The position numbers and the translations under genes are program-made. A DNA stretch of 20,000 bases, taken from the IMG/VR virus record IMGVR_UViG_3300023109_000016. One strand, given 5' to 3'. The notes beneath the pieces were generated by a model. That model saw nothing but the letters and a program-made list of their open reading frames with translations, made no database searches and had not been told where the DNA came from. Below, one piece after another: positions 7,984-15,990 of the stretch. This DNA is from an uncultured virus (IMG/VR IMGVR_UViG_3300023109_000016). Taxonomy: Duplodnaviria > Heunggongvirae > Uroviricota > Caudoviricetes. How positions within the stretch are numbered: position 1 is the stretch's first letter; every line of letters starts with the position of its first letter.

Positions 7984-9234
7984 TTATGATTGTTTACTAT
8001 TTCTTGCAAGCCCTTTGGTAATCATATAAATCCCTGTGGAAAATAAACTAATTGCGGCAACTGCTTTAATAGGAGACGGAATTCCTTCAGAAATTTCTTC
8101 TTCATCTTCTGCCTCCATATCCTCTATTTCAGGATAATCTGGTTCCCATTCCATATCATAATTTGAATCTAATTCCATCAAATTATCTTCAGGCTTCATA
8201 GATTGTAAAGATTGAATCTTTGATTGATGCTCCTCAAAAGAATGCATTGGATTCACAGTAATTTCAGAAAATGAGTGAGAATTTCCTGCATCCTGCAGTT
8301 GATTTTGAGAAGGCATCATAGGGCTAAATGAAGTTTCTGAACTAAGTTGAGATGTAACTTCAATGTTTTTTCCACCGTGTTCTGTTCTTCTGGGTCTATC
8401 AACCTTTCCTACCTTAATATAGCCTACATCTTTAAAGTATTTGGGAGAAAAACAAACCATTTCACCGGGTCCTGCATAAGAAATGCCTGAAAGAATCTTC
8501 TTAATGGTTTCTTTATCAGTTCCGAATGAAAGTTGATTTTTCAAAGCCTCAAGGTCTTTTGTGTTAATAACATTGTGAACCATATAAGTTGAAACTTGTG
8601 ATAAAGCCTCTTTGTGAATAGCCGCAGGTCTTTGAGAAATCAAGGTAGCCCCTAATCCTTTGCCTCTTCCAAGTTTCGTTAGTCTAACAATCGGTGCGAA
8701 TGAATATGGCTTACCCATTTGAGGAACGAAATCTTGACATTCTTCAAGGAAAGTCATAATTGGCTTGCCCTCAAAATCTTCGGCAAGAAGAGTTTCACAA
8801 TAATCTCCAATCAATCTTTGTTGAGTATCCAACCTTAAATGAATAAGATTAACAACTAATGAATTAGTGCTATGCTTTAGATTATATATTAATTTAACCA
8901 AGTTCACAGTTTCATCTTGTTTAGGCTCAATACATTCAACATTTGGAAGGTTTTTCAAACCGCTATGTGCATTAAGAGCATCAAAACAAACGAATTGAAT
9001 GCCGTGTCTACTCATCTCTTCCATCATTACACCTGCGGCATAAGATTTACCAGAACCAGTCTTACCACCAATAAATATCTTTTCATAGGCGATATCTAAA
9101 GGAAATCCAAAGTTTTGACCGATGATAATGGCTTCATTTTCTTGAAATCCATGTTGATGGTTAGCACCATCCAATTTGAAAACATCATCAAGAGCCAAAT
9201 CCTCCTTTTGAAGACCCCATGATTTATTGTCCAT
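7984..9234 (-). CDS. HerA/FtsK-superfamily P-loop ATPase with acidic linker and C-terminal TM anchor; candidate DNA packaging/translocation ATPase
   Basis: Walker A GGKTGSGKS, VCFD, Walker B MTFLEECQ, Arg-finger GRGKG, sensor LISQRPA; C-terminal AVAAISLFSTGIYMIT-KGLAR. Confidence 0.85.
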   Translation of the reverse strand: MDNKSWGLQKEDLALDDVFKLDGANHQHGFQENEAIIIGQNFGFPLDIAYEKIFIGGKTGSGKSYAAGVMMEEMSRHGIQFVCFDALNAHSGLKNLPNVECIEPKQDETVNLVKLIYNLKHSTNSLVVNLIHLRLDTQQRLIGDYCETLLAEDFEGKPIMTFLEECQDFVPQMGKPYSFAPIVRLTKLGRGKGLGATLISQRPAAIHKEALSQVSTYMVHNVINTKDLEALKNQLSFGTDKETIKKILSGISYAGPGEMVCFSPKYFKDVGYIKVGKVDRPRRTEHGGKNIEVTSQLSSETSFSPMMPSQNQLQDAGNSHSFSEITVNPMHSFEEHQSKIQSLQSMKPEDNLMELDSNYDMEWEPDYPEIEDMEAEDEEEISEGIPSPIKAVAAISLFSTGIYMITKGLARNSKQS

Positions 9235-9255
9235 AATTATTTAATCATCGTTTCG

Positions 9256-9684
9256 CTATTTAAAACTTCTGCCTTCAGCCTCAAACTTTGCGGAAAGGTG
9301 TTTTCTAACCACAGAATACTGCCTATCAAACCACCAGACATATTTAATAAGGAAGTCATAAATCTTTCTTAATTCTTTATTTCTAACGGTATAGGGCATC
9401 AAAGATTGTAAAAAATCATGAAAATCAGAATTATACCACACCGTCAATCCTTTGTCAGAAAGGCTTGAAAGATAGTTTTCATCATAAATCATTCTAATAA
9501 AAAAATCATCTAAATCAAGACCCCTTTCCAAATCTGGAATATAATAAGGATTCGCTAAAATAAATTTTCTAAGCAAAGACATATGAGCCTCTAAGGAATG
9601 ATTTGCAATCCAAGTAAACCATTCTTCCAATTTCATATTGATATATCTATTCCAAATAGGATTTGTGGTTGAAGACATCATCAA
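9256..9684 (-). CDS. Hypothetical aromatic-rich helical protein
   Basis: 142 aa ORF; GGAGG SD; start overlaps upstream stop (exact Met of MMM uncertain); ends FEAEGRSFK. Confidence 0.75.
   Translation of the reverse strand: MMMSSTTNPIWNRYINMKLEEWFTWIANHSLEAHMSLLRKFILANPYYIPDLERGLDLDDFFIRMIYDENYLSSLSDKGLTVWYNSDFHDFLQSLMPYTVRNKELRKIYDFLIKYVWWFDRQYSVVRKHLSAKFEAEGRSFK
9257..9264 (-). promoter_or_regulatory. Archaeal TATA box TTTAAATA (also codes Phe-Lys-stop of upstream gene)
   Basis: 22 nt upstream of ATG at 9234. Confidence 0.75.
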
Positions 9685-10613
9685 TCCTCCGAATCGTCTT
9701 CTTCATCTTCCCACTCTTCATCTACTTCATCAAAAGAATATCCCTGTGACTCCAACTCAGCAATCTCGTCATCACTAAGATAGAAAACCTCATCCACAGA
9801 TTCCGAATCCACGATAGAGTCCATAATAGAAGTATCAAAGAAATCCGAGGATACATCAAGTATAGCATCTTCAACCTTATCATCGTCAGGTCTAATGTTA
9901 GAATCTTCTGCTTTAATTTCATTCATTGAAAGTCCTGCTTCTGCGGCAAGGTCTTCTAAAGAAGGCATTTTGATTTTAGGAGCATCATCAAAAATGGCCT
10001 TAGGAATTAATTCTGCATAAGCCTCAACTTGCTCTTTTCTTTGTCTATTATCACTTCCGAAGGTTCCCTCTGGGTCTAAAACTGACATCCAATCCACAGG
10101 ACCTTCATGAGGATTTACTTGAGGAATTTCGCCTAAAAGGGGGTGATTGATGGTATTTGAAGGCGTATTTTCAGGGGCAGAAGTTTCAGATTCTCCAATA
10201 TCAGTAAATAAATCACTAAATTCTGAAGAATTATCTGCCGACATTATATCTTGTAAGAATTGCTTGTCTTCATCAGCCAATGAATTTCTTTGACCTGTCA
10301 CGAACTCTGAAATTCCTTTAACAACAGGCGCAATATCTCCTAATACCGACATAATACCTACTGCACTTGTAGCAGTTGGAGATTTTCCTAATGAATCTCC
10401 TAACCCATATTTATCAAGCAAACCCATTAAAGGAACTAAAATCTTACTTTTCATTTCTGGATTAACATTTTCTAACAATGAACCAAAAGGACTATCTTCT
10501 GCTTCAAGTAATTCCATAAGATTAATAGGTATTCCTTGAGAAGAGGTTTCTTCTTCACCGTCTTCAGAATACCTTCTGGTGTTCTTCTCAATGATATCAT
10601 CAAATCTGCCCAT
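9681..10613 (-). CDS. Highly acidic hypothetical protein (scaffold-like composition)
   Basis: 310 aa, D/E-rich with very acidic C-terminus; TATA 22 nt upstream. Confidence 0.8.
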   Translation of the reverse strand: MGRFDDIIEKNTRRYSEDGEEETSSQGIPINLMELLEAEDSPFGSLLENVNPEMKSKILVPLMGLLDKYGLGDSLGKSPTATSAVGIMSVLGDIAPVVKGISEFVTGQRNSLADEDKQFLQDIMSADNSSEFSDLFTDIGESETSAPENTPSNTINHPLLGEIPQVNPHEGPVDWMSVLDPEGTFGSDNRQRKEQVEAYAELIPKAIFDDAPKIKMPSLEDLAAEAGLSMNEIKAEDSNIRPDDDKVEDAILDVSSDFFDTSIMDSIVDSESVDEVFYLSDDEIAELESQGYSFDEVDEEWEDEEDDSED

Positions 10614-10635
10614 ATTAAAAAAATCACAGAAAACC

Positions 10636-10643
10636 TACTTAAA
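10636..10643 (-). promoter_or_regulatory. Archaeal TATA box TTTAAGTA
   Basis: 22 nt upstream of ATG at 10613. Confidence 0.75.
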
Positions 10644-10653
10644 CCTTCTGCAT

Positions 10654-11322
10654 CTATTGTCTCCAACCATTGAGGTTGTTAAAAGAATTCATAAATGCTT
10701 GGTCTACACTCATAGGTCTGTTTTCAAGATTGTCTGCTTTCTTTTTAACTTGCTTAATTGCCTCTTCTGCCTCTTTTACAGAAGTCTCAAGAGATGAAAT
10801 TTGAGACTTTAACTCATCCATTGATTTCTTTTGAATAAGCCAAATAACTACTCCACCCGTCAATGCCCCTAATGCAAAAGAACTAATAGAAGGGCCTATA
10901 GGGAATCCTGCACTAATCAAGGGTTCATCCGCAGAATAACTCCTTCTGGAACTTAATTCCGAATGGAATGTTTTCAAATCATTCATAAATGAGGCATTTC
11001 CTTCAGGAGTCTTAGGAGCCTTTGAAATCATACTGCCCATCACATCAAGAATTTCTTCACTTGAAAGAGCAGACAAATCAACCTTTTGCTTTACATTAAT
11101 AAACTCAGCATCAAAAGGAACGATTTCTTCAACCTTAATTTCATCAATTTTCCTAAAACCTCTAATTCCCTTTCCTCTTAAACAAAGATTGTATTTGCCA
11201 TCACCAATAGATTTTGCAATTTGGTGAAATTGAGGAGTTGAAGGCATCTTTGATGAAACCCAAACATCTTCTGTGCCTGAGCCCTTCATACCCTTTGTAT
11301 ACCTTCTAATGAAAAACTCCAT
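10654..11322 (-). CDS. Membrane protein: two soluble modules (FDAE, YSAD junctions), TM helix, C-terminal coiled coil
   Basis: TM FALGALTGGVVIWLI-QKK followed by heptad MDELKSQISSLETSVKEAEEAIKQVKK. Confidence 0.8.
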   Translation of the reverse strand: MEFFIRRYTKGMKGSGTEDVWVSSKMPSTPQFHQIAKSIGDGKYNLCLRGKGIRGFRKIDEIKVEEIVPFDAEFINVKQKVDLSALSSEEILDVMGSMISKAPKTPEGNASFMNDLKTFHSELSSRRSYSADEPLISAGFPIGPSISSFALGALTGGVVIWLIQKKSMDELKSQISSLETSVKEAEEAIKQVKKKADNLENRPMSVDQAFMNSFNNLNGWRQ

Positions 11323-11343
11323 ACCCCTTGTTTAACTTTTAAC

Positions 11344-11351
11344 TATATAAA
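11344..11351 (-). promoter_or_regulatory. Archaeal TATA box TTTATATA
   Basis: 21 nt upstream of ATG at 11322. Confidence 0.7.
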
Positions 11352-11359
11352 GCATTCGC

Positions 11360-11782
11360 TTAACACCAAAGAGATGCAATATCTTGATAAGTTTCATCTA
11401 ATCCCTTATCAGTCATTTGAGTAAGATGATTTAAAGTTGTTTCTAAGTAATATTCTTTAAGACCTACTACCTTTTCGTCTAATTCCATGTTTTCATATCT
11501 TTCTTGATAGCCTTTTTGAACGATGTATTTATTCAAAGCCAATAAATCAAGCCTCCACTTAATTCCACCCTTTCTTTCATTGGTATTAGCGTGTTTAAAC
11601 ATAGGCCTATTCCTAAGAATACCTACGACTTCTCTGGAAGTGTATCTTCTTGGTTTGTTATCTACGATGTAATATGAAATCTCATTAGAAAAACCATATC
11701 CTCCATTATCAAGCAAGAACTCAACAATGTCAAATACTAATGTTTCAGTTAGAGGAAGGGTTTTTTTTCTATTCCTCTCCAT
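11360..11782 (-). CDS. Hypothetical protein, possible winged-helix DNA-binding domain
   Basis: Start moved to 11782 (GGAGGT at 11793-11798); pattern IVEFL..G....EI...I......TSREVVGILR..P.F.......G..WRL is wHTH-like (inference). Confidence 0.6.
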   Translation of the reverse strand: MERNRKKTLPLTETLVFDIVEFLLDNGGYGFSNEISYYIVDNKPRRYTSREVVGILRNRPMFKHANTNERKGGIKWRLDLLALNKYIVQKGYQERYENMELDEKVVGLKEYYLETTLNHLTQMTDKGLDETYQDIASLWC

Positions 11783-12242
11783 CGTCAGCCGAACCTCCAT
11801 CGTGTCCGGCTCCCTCTTGTAGTTGAGAGATTCTTTCTGTTTCCCTTTCTACATAATCCCCCACATCAACACCCAAGATTTCTGCTACTGCTTCACTAAT
11901 TTCTTGGTCTACCCTTTCCTTTGCTTCTTGAAGAGTATATCCTTCAGCCTTTAACTCTTTAATTTTGGAAATTCTATTTCCCTCCATCTCTGTAACTGCG
12001 AGGATGGCTTGAGTTTCTGGAGGGATTTCTACCTGTTCAAAAGGCTTAGAAAATATTTCATCAACCTCTCTCCTCATCTCAGAACTTGACATAATGATAG
12101 GAGTTACATATTCTTCAACATCATTATCCAAATACCTTCCAGTTCTGCCATCAGAGGGTGTAGCCCTTTCAATCCATTCTTCAGCGAATTCTCTCGTCAC
12201 ATACATTCCGACTCTATCCCAATATCTTACATTTTCAGACAT
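11769..12242 (-). CDS. Acidic hypothetical protein
   Basis: 157 aa ORF; TATA 22 nt upstream. Confidence 0.75.
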   Translation of the reverse strand: MSENVRYWDRVGMYVTREFAEEWIERATPSDGRTGRYLDNDVEEYVTPIIMSSSEMRREVDEIFSKPFEQVEIPPETQAILAVTEMEGNRISKIKELKAEGYTLQEAKERVDQEISEAVAEILGVDVGDYVERETERISQLQEGAGHDGGSADDGEE

Positions 12243-12263
12243 AATTTCACCTTTCCTTACAAC

Positions 12264-12635
12264 CTACTTAAATCTTTTCCACTTACCAACATCTAATCCA
12301 TTCTTCACAGAAAAGATTCTTGAAGTTCTTAATCCCATTTCCTTTCTAAACAAATCTGAAAAAAACCTTCCTCTACATTCAATTTCAGTTTTTTCCCTAT
12401 ATTGCATTTGCTTATCTACAGACATAGGAAGAGGAATTAATTGAAATTCTTTAGTTTGAGGATTTAATTGAAGTTCTGCAATCATGACATGAAGTCCGGT
12501 TTTTGAAGAAGATTCTCTAACCCAAACCCACTCTTCTCCAAATTCAATGCAAAGCCACTCTAATTCGGCTTGAACTTTATCATCACTTAAAGAAATAGCA
12601 TCCCAATCAAAAGTTAGACCACATATTTCTTCCAT
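12264..12635 (-). CDS. Small protein with archaeo-eukaryotic primase (AEP)-like catalytic motifs
   Basis: LTFDWD (hDhD) and RESSSKTGLHV (SxxGhH); GAGGTG SD; TAATG coupling to the upstream small ORF. Confidence 0.55.
   Translation of the reverse strand: MEEICGLTFDWDAISLSDDKVQAELEWLCIEFGEEWVWVRESSSKTGLHVMIAELQLNPQTKEFQLIPLPMSVDKQMQYREKTEIECRGRFFSDLFRKEMGLRTSRIFSVKNGLDVGKWKRFK
12265..12272 (-). promoter_or_regulatory. Archaeal TATA box TTTAAGTA (also codes Phe-Lys-stop of upstream gene)
   Basis: 22 nt upstream of ATG at 12242. Confidence 0.7.
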
Positions 12636-12757
12636 TATGCCACCTCAAAAACCTTTAAGAAGACTAATAATGAAAATACCATAGCCATGAAAGAAGAGAA
12701 TGTTCTAATCATAGCCAGAATATATTGATTATTTTTAGCCCACTTCTCAATTGGCAT
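12635..12757 (-). CDS. 40-aa single-TM microprotein (not in ORF track)
   Basis: MPIEKWAKNNQYILAMIRTFSSFMAMVFSLLVFLKVFEVA*; TTTATATA exactly 22 nt upstream; stop overlaps next ATG (TAATG). Confidence 0.75.
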   Translation of the reverse strand: MPIEKWAKNNQYILAMIRTFSSFMAMVFSLLVFLKVFEVA

Positions 12758-12779
12758 AGTATTATCTTTGAAAGACACC

Positions 12780-12787
12780 TATATAAA
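12780..12787 (-). promoter_or_regulatory. Archaeal TATA box TTTATATA
   Basis: 22 nt upstream of ATG at 12757. Confidence 0.7.
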
Positions 12788-12788
12788 A

Positions 12789-12986
12789 TTAATTGATGAT
12801 TCTTTGGTGAATATCCTCAGCAATCAAATTTGCACCGATGCTGATACATAATCCACCGACTAAAGCCATAGCAATTCTATAGGGAACATAGCCATCAGAT
12901 TTCTTAAAAAGGTGTAAAAGGTGAAAAGCAGTTAATGAACCCCCTCCAATAACAAATCCAAAACCAATGGTTAAAAGAGAGTTCAT
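12789..12986 (-). CDS. Small two-TM membrane protein (65 aa)
   Basis: Two hydrophobic segments; start 12986 chosen because ATTAAGTA (13009-13016) lies 22 nt upstream. Confidence 0.7.
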   Translation of the reverse strand: MNSLLTIGFGFVIGGGSLTAFHLLHLFKKSDGYVPYRIAMALVGGLCISIGANLIAEDIHQRIIN

Positions 12987-13011
12987 AATCATTCTTAAAT
13001 CAAACGACTAC

Positions 13012-14022
13012 TTAATTGTTTTTATTGGAGAATCTAAATACTTTAGGCATATAATTCATCATCATTAAAGGTCTTGTTTTTGTTGAATAGGACTTAGGTA
13101 AAATAGCCAAAGGAATATTTCCGATGTTTCCAAAATTGTCCATCCTATACTCAAATTGAAGGTAATCTACCTTTCTAACAATTTTTTGAAACTCAGCACT
13201 ATTGCCATAATCTGTGAAATCTTTAATCTGGCCCCATATTAGGGGTTCCACCACAGTTTTTTGAAATTTATTATATTTTTCCATTGCTTCAAAAGTAGGA
13301 ACAAAAACAATTCTTGTTTTATAGCCTGTAATTGAGGCATAATTATGAACAGATGTTTTAATCTTAGGAACGGGATATGAATAATAAAAATCAATCATAA
13401 TAAAAAATTCTCCATTTTTAAAGGTAGGGTTTTCTCTGTAAGAGTAAGGAGCGTATTCTATAGGACCTCCATTAGGTATTTGATAAGCACCTTTAAAAGG
13501 GCTATAATCACCTCTTAAATATAATTTACAATGGTATTTTTTATATTCCCCTCTAACATTATAGGTAGTTTCTTTAAAAAGAATTTTTCCAGAAATCATA
13601 TCATTATAAGTAACTGGAGAATTAAAATCATAATCAAAATAAATTAGGTTAGAAAGATAATTTTTTAATAACTCGGAGCCGCCAGTAGGCAGACCAGCCT
13701 TCAAACTATTAATTTGATTGTAGCCATACTTTATCTCATCTGTCAAGAATTGCGTTCCTATCCTTGTAGTGTCTTTCATTTTTTTCCAATTTAGGAAAGG
13801 AACATATTGTTTCACCATTAAATAATTCCCCGTAGATTTGTCACCATGTCCAAAAGCAGTTTCAACCCTTTGTCTCCAATCCGGATTATCAACCAGTTCT
13901 TGATTCCTATCATAACTTTGATTAGTAATAAAACCTTCAATTCTATCTTCTTTTAATTCATACAAATCTTCAGAAACTCCATCCAAAGCAACAACAAAAG
14001 GTTGATTTAGATAAGGATTCAT
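13012..14022 (-). CDS. Tyr/Phe/Asn-rich hypothetical protein
   Basis: 336 aa ORF; TATA 22 nt upstream. Confidence 0.8.
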   Translation of the reverse strand: MNPYLNQPFVVALDGVSEDLYELKEDRIEGFITNQSYDRNQELVDNPDWRQRVETAFGHGDKSTGNYLMVKQYVPFLNWKKMKDTTRIGTQFLTDEIKYGYNQINSLKAGLPTGGSELLKNYLSNLIYFDYDFNSPVTYNDMISGKILFKETTYNVRGEYKKYHCKLYLRGDYSPFKGAYQIPNGGPIEYAPYSYRENPTFKNGEFFIMIDFYYSYPVPKIKTSVHNYASITGYKTRIVFVPTFEAMEKYNKFQKTVVEPLIWGQIKDFTDYGNSAEFQKIVRKVDYLQFEYRMDNFGNIGNIPLAILPKSYSTKTRPLMMMNYMPKVFRFSNKNN

Positions 14023-14043
14023 AAATCTAATCTAATAAAACGA

Positions 14044-15198
14044 CTATTTAAAAGTGTAGGTCGCCCCCGAATTCGTTTTCCTTTTTTTGATTTTCATACC
14101 TTGGAAATTTTTAGGAATTTTCAAAGGATAGGTATAAAGTCCGATTTTATAAGAATCGTCAAACAACTCTACTTTGTTGATAGAGGGGAATCTTAACCTC
14201 ATCTTCCCGATTTCACCCTCTGCCTCAGTTTCAACAGAGTAAATCGGGTCAAAACTCAAATTCTTTAAGAACCTTCCAAACTCTAATAACCTTTCACCTC
14301 TCGGTTCAAAAGGCAATTTGGATACTCCAATCAACTTGATACCTTCTGCAGTCGTTAGGTGTTTATATTTGGCTAAATAAGGTTGCTGATTCATTAATTC
14401 ACTTTTAACAAGGGCTACTGCTTTGTTGGTTGAAGCAGATTCCCATGTTTCTTCAGTAAATGAAGGAATTAAATTATTAACTACTATGTTGTGAATCTCA
14501 AAACCTTGTGATTTTAAGAAAGATGCCGTTTTTACGCACTCTTGATATCCTGCTTCAGTAGGGATGGAGACTAAATTAATGTTGACGAATTCAGTATCTC
14601 TTAGCAAAATTTTAAAGTTTTCAATTTTTTTCGTCATTTCTTCTAAAGCCCTTACCAAAGCATCAGTATCAGTTTTTTTAATGAAAATAGATTTGATACC
14701 TTCTACTCTTGCTTTCATTCTAAGAATCCTTAAGATGAATTTGTTAAAAGTATCTGGTGCAGTTAATGCTTTTAAAGTGTGTCCTGTAGGTGCAGTATCA
14801 AAAACAACAAGGTCGTAATCAACCGATTGAACTAAATTAACAATTTCTTCCAATGCAAAAACTTCTTCCATCCCGGGAAAAGATGCAAAGTCTGTAAGTA
14901 TTTCTGCATCAAATCCGGGAAACCATTTTAAAACGGTATTGTCCATCAATCCTGAAAGATTTGTTTGAAATTCCTTTGCCTTGATATCTCCTGTAATGTT
15001 CATGCCCCAAAGATTAGTTCTGATAGGGGTTGGCTTAGGGCCAATAGGGACTCCTACCACATCTTCTGTAGAATGAGCAGGGTCGCTTGAAACCAATAGA
15101 GTTTTATAACCTTTATCAGCGTAGTGAAAAGCAGTAGCGGCAGAAGTGGTAGACTTTCCTACTCCTCCCTTACCAGTATAAAGAATCATCTTAGCCAT
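14044..15198 (-). CDS. Get3/TRC40/ArsA-family ATPase, single nucleotide-binding domain, probable C-terminal HSP20-like domain
   Basis: Deviant Walker A GKGGVGKST, switch I SSDPAHS, PGMEE, switch II DTAPTGHT, VVNNL. Only one Cys in the protein. C-terminal beta-rich extension MRLRFPSINK...IP...G...F. Confidence 0.92.
   Translation of the reverse strand: MAKMILYTGKGGVGKSTTSAATAFHYADKGYKTLLVSSDPAHSTEDVVGVPIGPKPTPIRTNLWGMNITGDIKAKEFQTNLSGLMDNTVLKWFPGFDAEILTDFASFPGMEEVFALEEIVNLVQSVDYDLVVFDTAPTGHTLKALTAPDTFNKFILRILRMKARVEGIKSIFIKKTDTDALVRALEEMTKKIENFKILLRDTEFVNINLVSIPTEAGYQECVKTASFLKSQGFEIHNIVVNNLIPSFTEETWESASTNKAVALVKSELMNQQPYLAKYKHLTTAEGIKLIGVSKLPFEPRGERLLEFGRFLKNLSFDPIYSVETEAEGEIGKMRLRFPSINKVELFDDSYKIGLYTYPLKIPKNFQGMKIKKRKTNSGATYTFK
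14045..14052 (-). promoter_or_regulatory. Archaeal TATA box TTTAAATA (also codes Phe-Lys-stop of the Get3-like gene)
   Basis: 22 nt upstream of ATG at 14022. Confidence 0.75.
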
Positions 15199-15227
15199 AA
15201 GTGGAAATCTAAGTCCACTTACTTAAG
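15198..15227 (-). promoter_or_regulatory. Promoter of Get3-like gene: CTTAAGTA box plus 8-bp inverted repeat (operator-like)
   Basis: TAAGTGGA (15198-15205) N8 TCCACTTA (15214-15221); box at 15220-15227, 21 nt before ATG. Confidence 0.55.
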
Positions 15228-15235
15228 GGTTCTGT

Positions 15236-15634
15236 TTAAGCCCATTCTTCACTAAATGACTCAAAATCCCACTTATCGTCTGCTTTTACATTAGGAACCA
15301 CATAATAACCTTGAATTCTTACTTCAATTAGTTCTCCTGTAAACATCCAACAATCTGAAAGTTCGGGCATGAGGTTGTTGGGTAAAATCGTAAATTCAAA
15401 ATCATCCCCATTAGAAACCCAATTAGCAAAAGAAATGTGAAGGCTTCCAGAATTTAAGTTTTCCATAACCGGAGTTATTCCTTTTTTATTAATTTCAATA
15501 TCAAAAACATGACCCCAATAAGAAGGGTGATTTTCTATTTCAATACTGAAAACATATACTCCGTAAGGAATGTTAATTTTGCAGGGAGTTCCATCAAAAT
15601 CAGTAAAAACAAATGTTTGGTCGTAAACAACCAT
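15236..15634 (-). CDS. Hypothetical beta-rich protein
   Basis: 132 aa ORF; TTTATATA 22 nt upstream. Confidence 0.75.
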   Translation of the reverse strand: MVVYDQTFVFTDFDGTPCKINIPYGVYVFSIEIENHPSYWGHVFDIEINKKGITPVMENLNSGSLHISFANWVSNGDDFEFTILPNNLMPELSDCWMFTGELIEVRIQGYYVVPNVKADDKWDFESFSEEWA

Positions 15635-15650
15635 GAGTAATGTAGATTGG

Positions 15651-15664
15651 TTTATATATATAAA
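15651..15664. promoter_or_regulatory. Bidirectional TATA element TTTATATATATAAA (perfect palindrome)
   Basis: Lies between divergent starts at 15634 (-) and 15688 (+). Confidence 0.7.
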
Positions 15665-15687
15665 GTTTTACATAGTAGAACCGATAT

Positions 15688-15990
15688 ATGGTAATTATGT
15701 ATTGGAAACCTACCGCTAATTACGCTCTTGTAATATTGGAGGGAAGCGAAATTCTGCACCATGTAAATTATGATTCAAAGGCAGAATTGCTCTCGTCTTA
15801 CGATATTCAAAAATCCAATTCTAAAACGGTAGCATTTTGTTGGCTGGATAATTCTATGAAGGCTGGTAAAGTAATCTGGATTGAAAAACAGAATCTTTAC
15901 AGGAAAAAGGAAAAAATTAGAAATTTATTGATTGAAATCAACACATATATGTTTGGTTTTGACGATAAATGGAAACAAGATAATTGTTAG
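15688..15990 (+). CDS. Hypothetical protein
   Basis: 100 aa ORF filling the gap, divergent from 15634 with shared TATA element. Confidence 0.65.
   Translation: MVIMYWKPTANYALVILEGSEILHHVNYDSKAELLSSYDIQKSNSKTVAFCWLDNSMKAGKVIWIEKQNLYRKKEKIRNLLIEINTYMFGFDDKWKQDNC

Noticed and set aside
14895..14920. FDAE in the Get3-like ATPase (and LAEDFE in the HerA-like ATPase) as processing sites
   Set aside because: Single occurrences inside enzyme domains; plausible by chance
14044..15198. arsA arsenite-efflux ATPase
   Set aside because: Single domain, only one Cys and no arsB/acr3/arsC/arsD/arsR nearby; family call kept but gene symbol withheld
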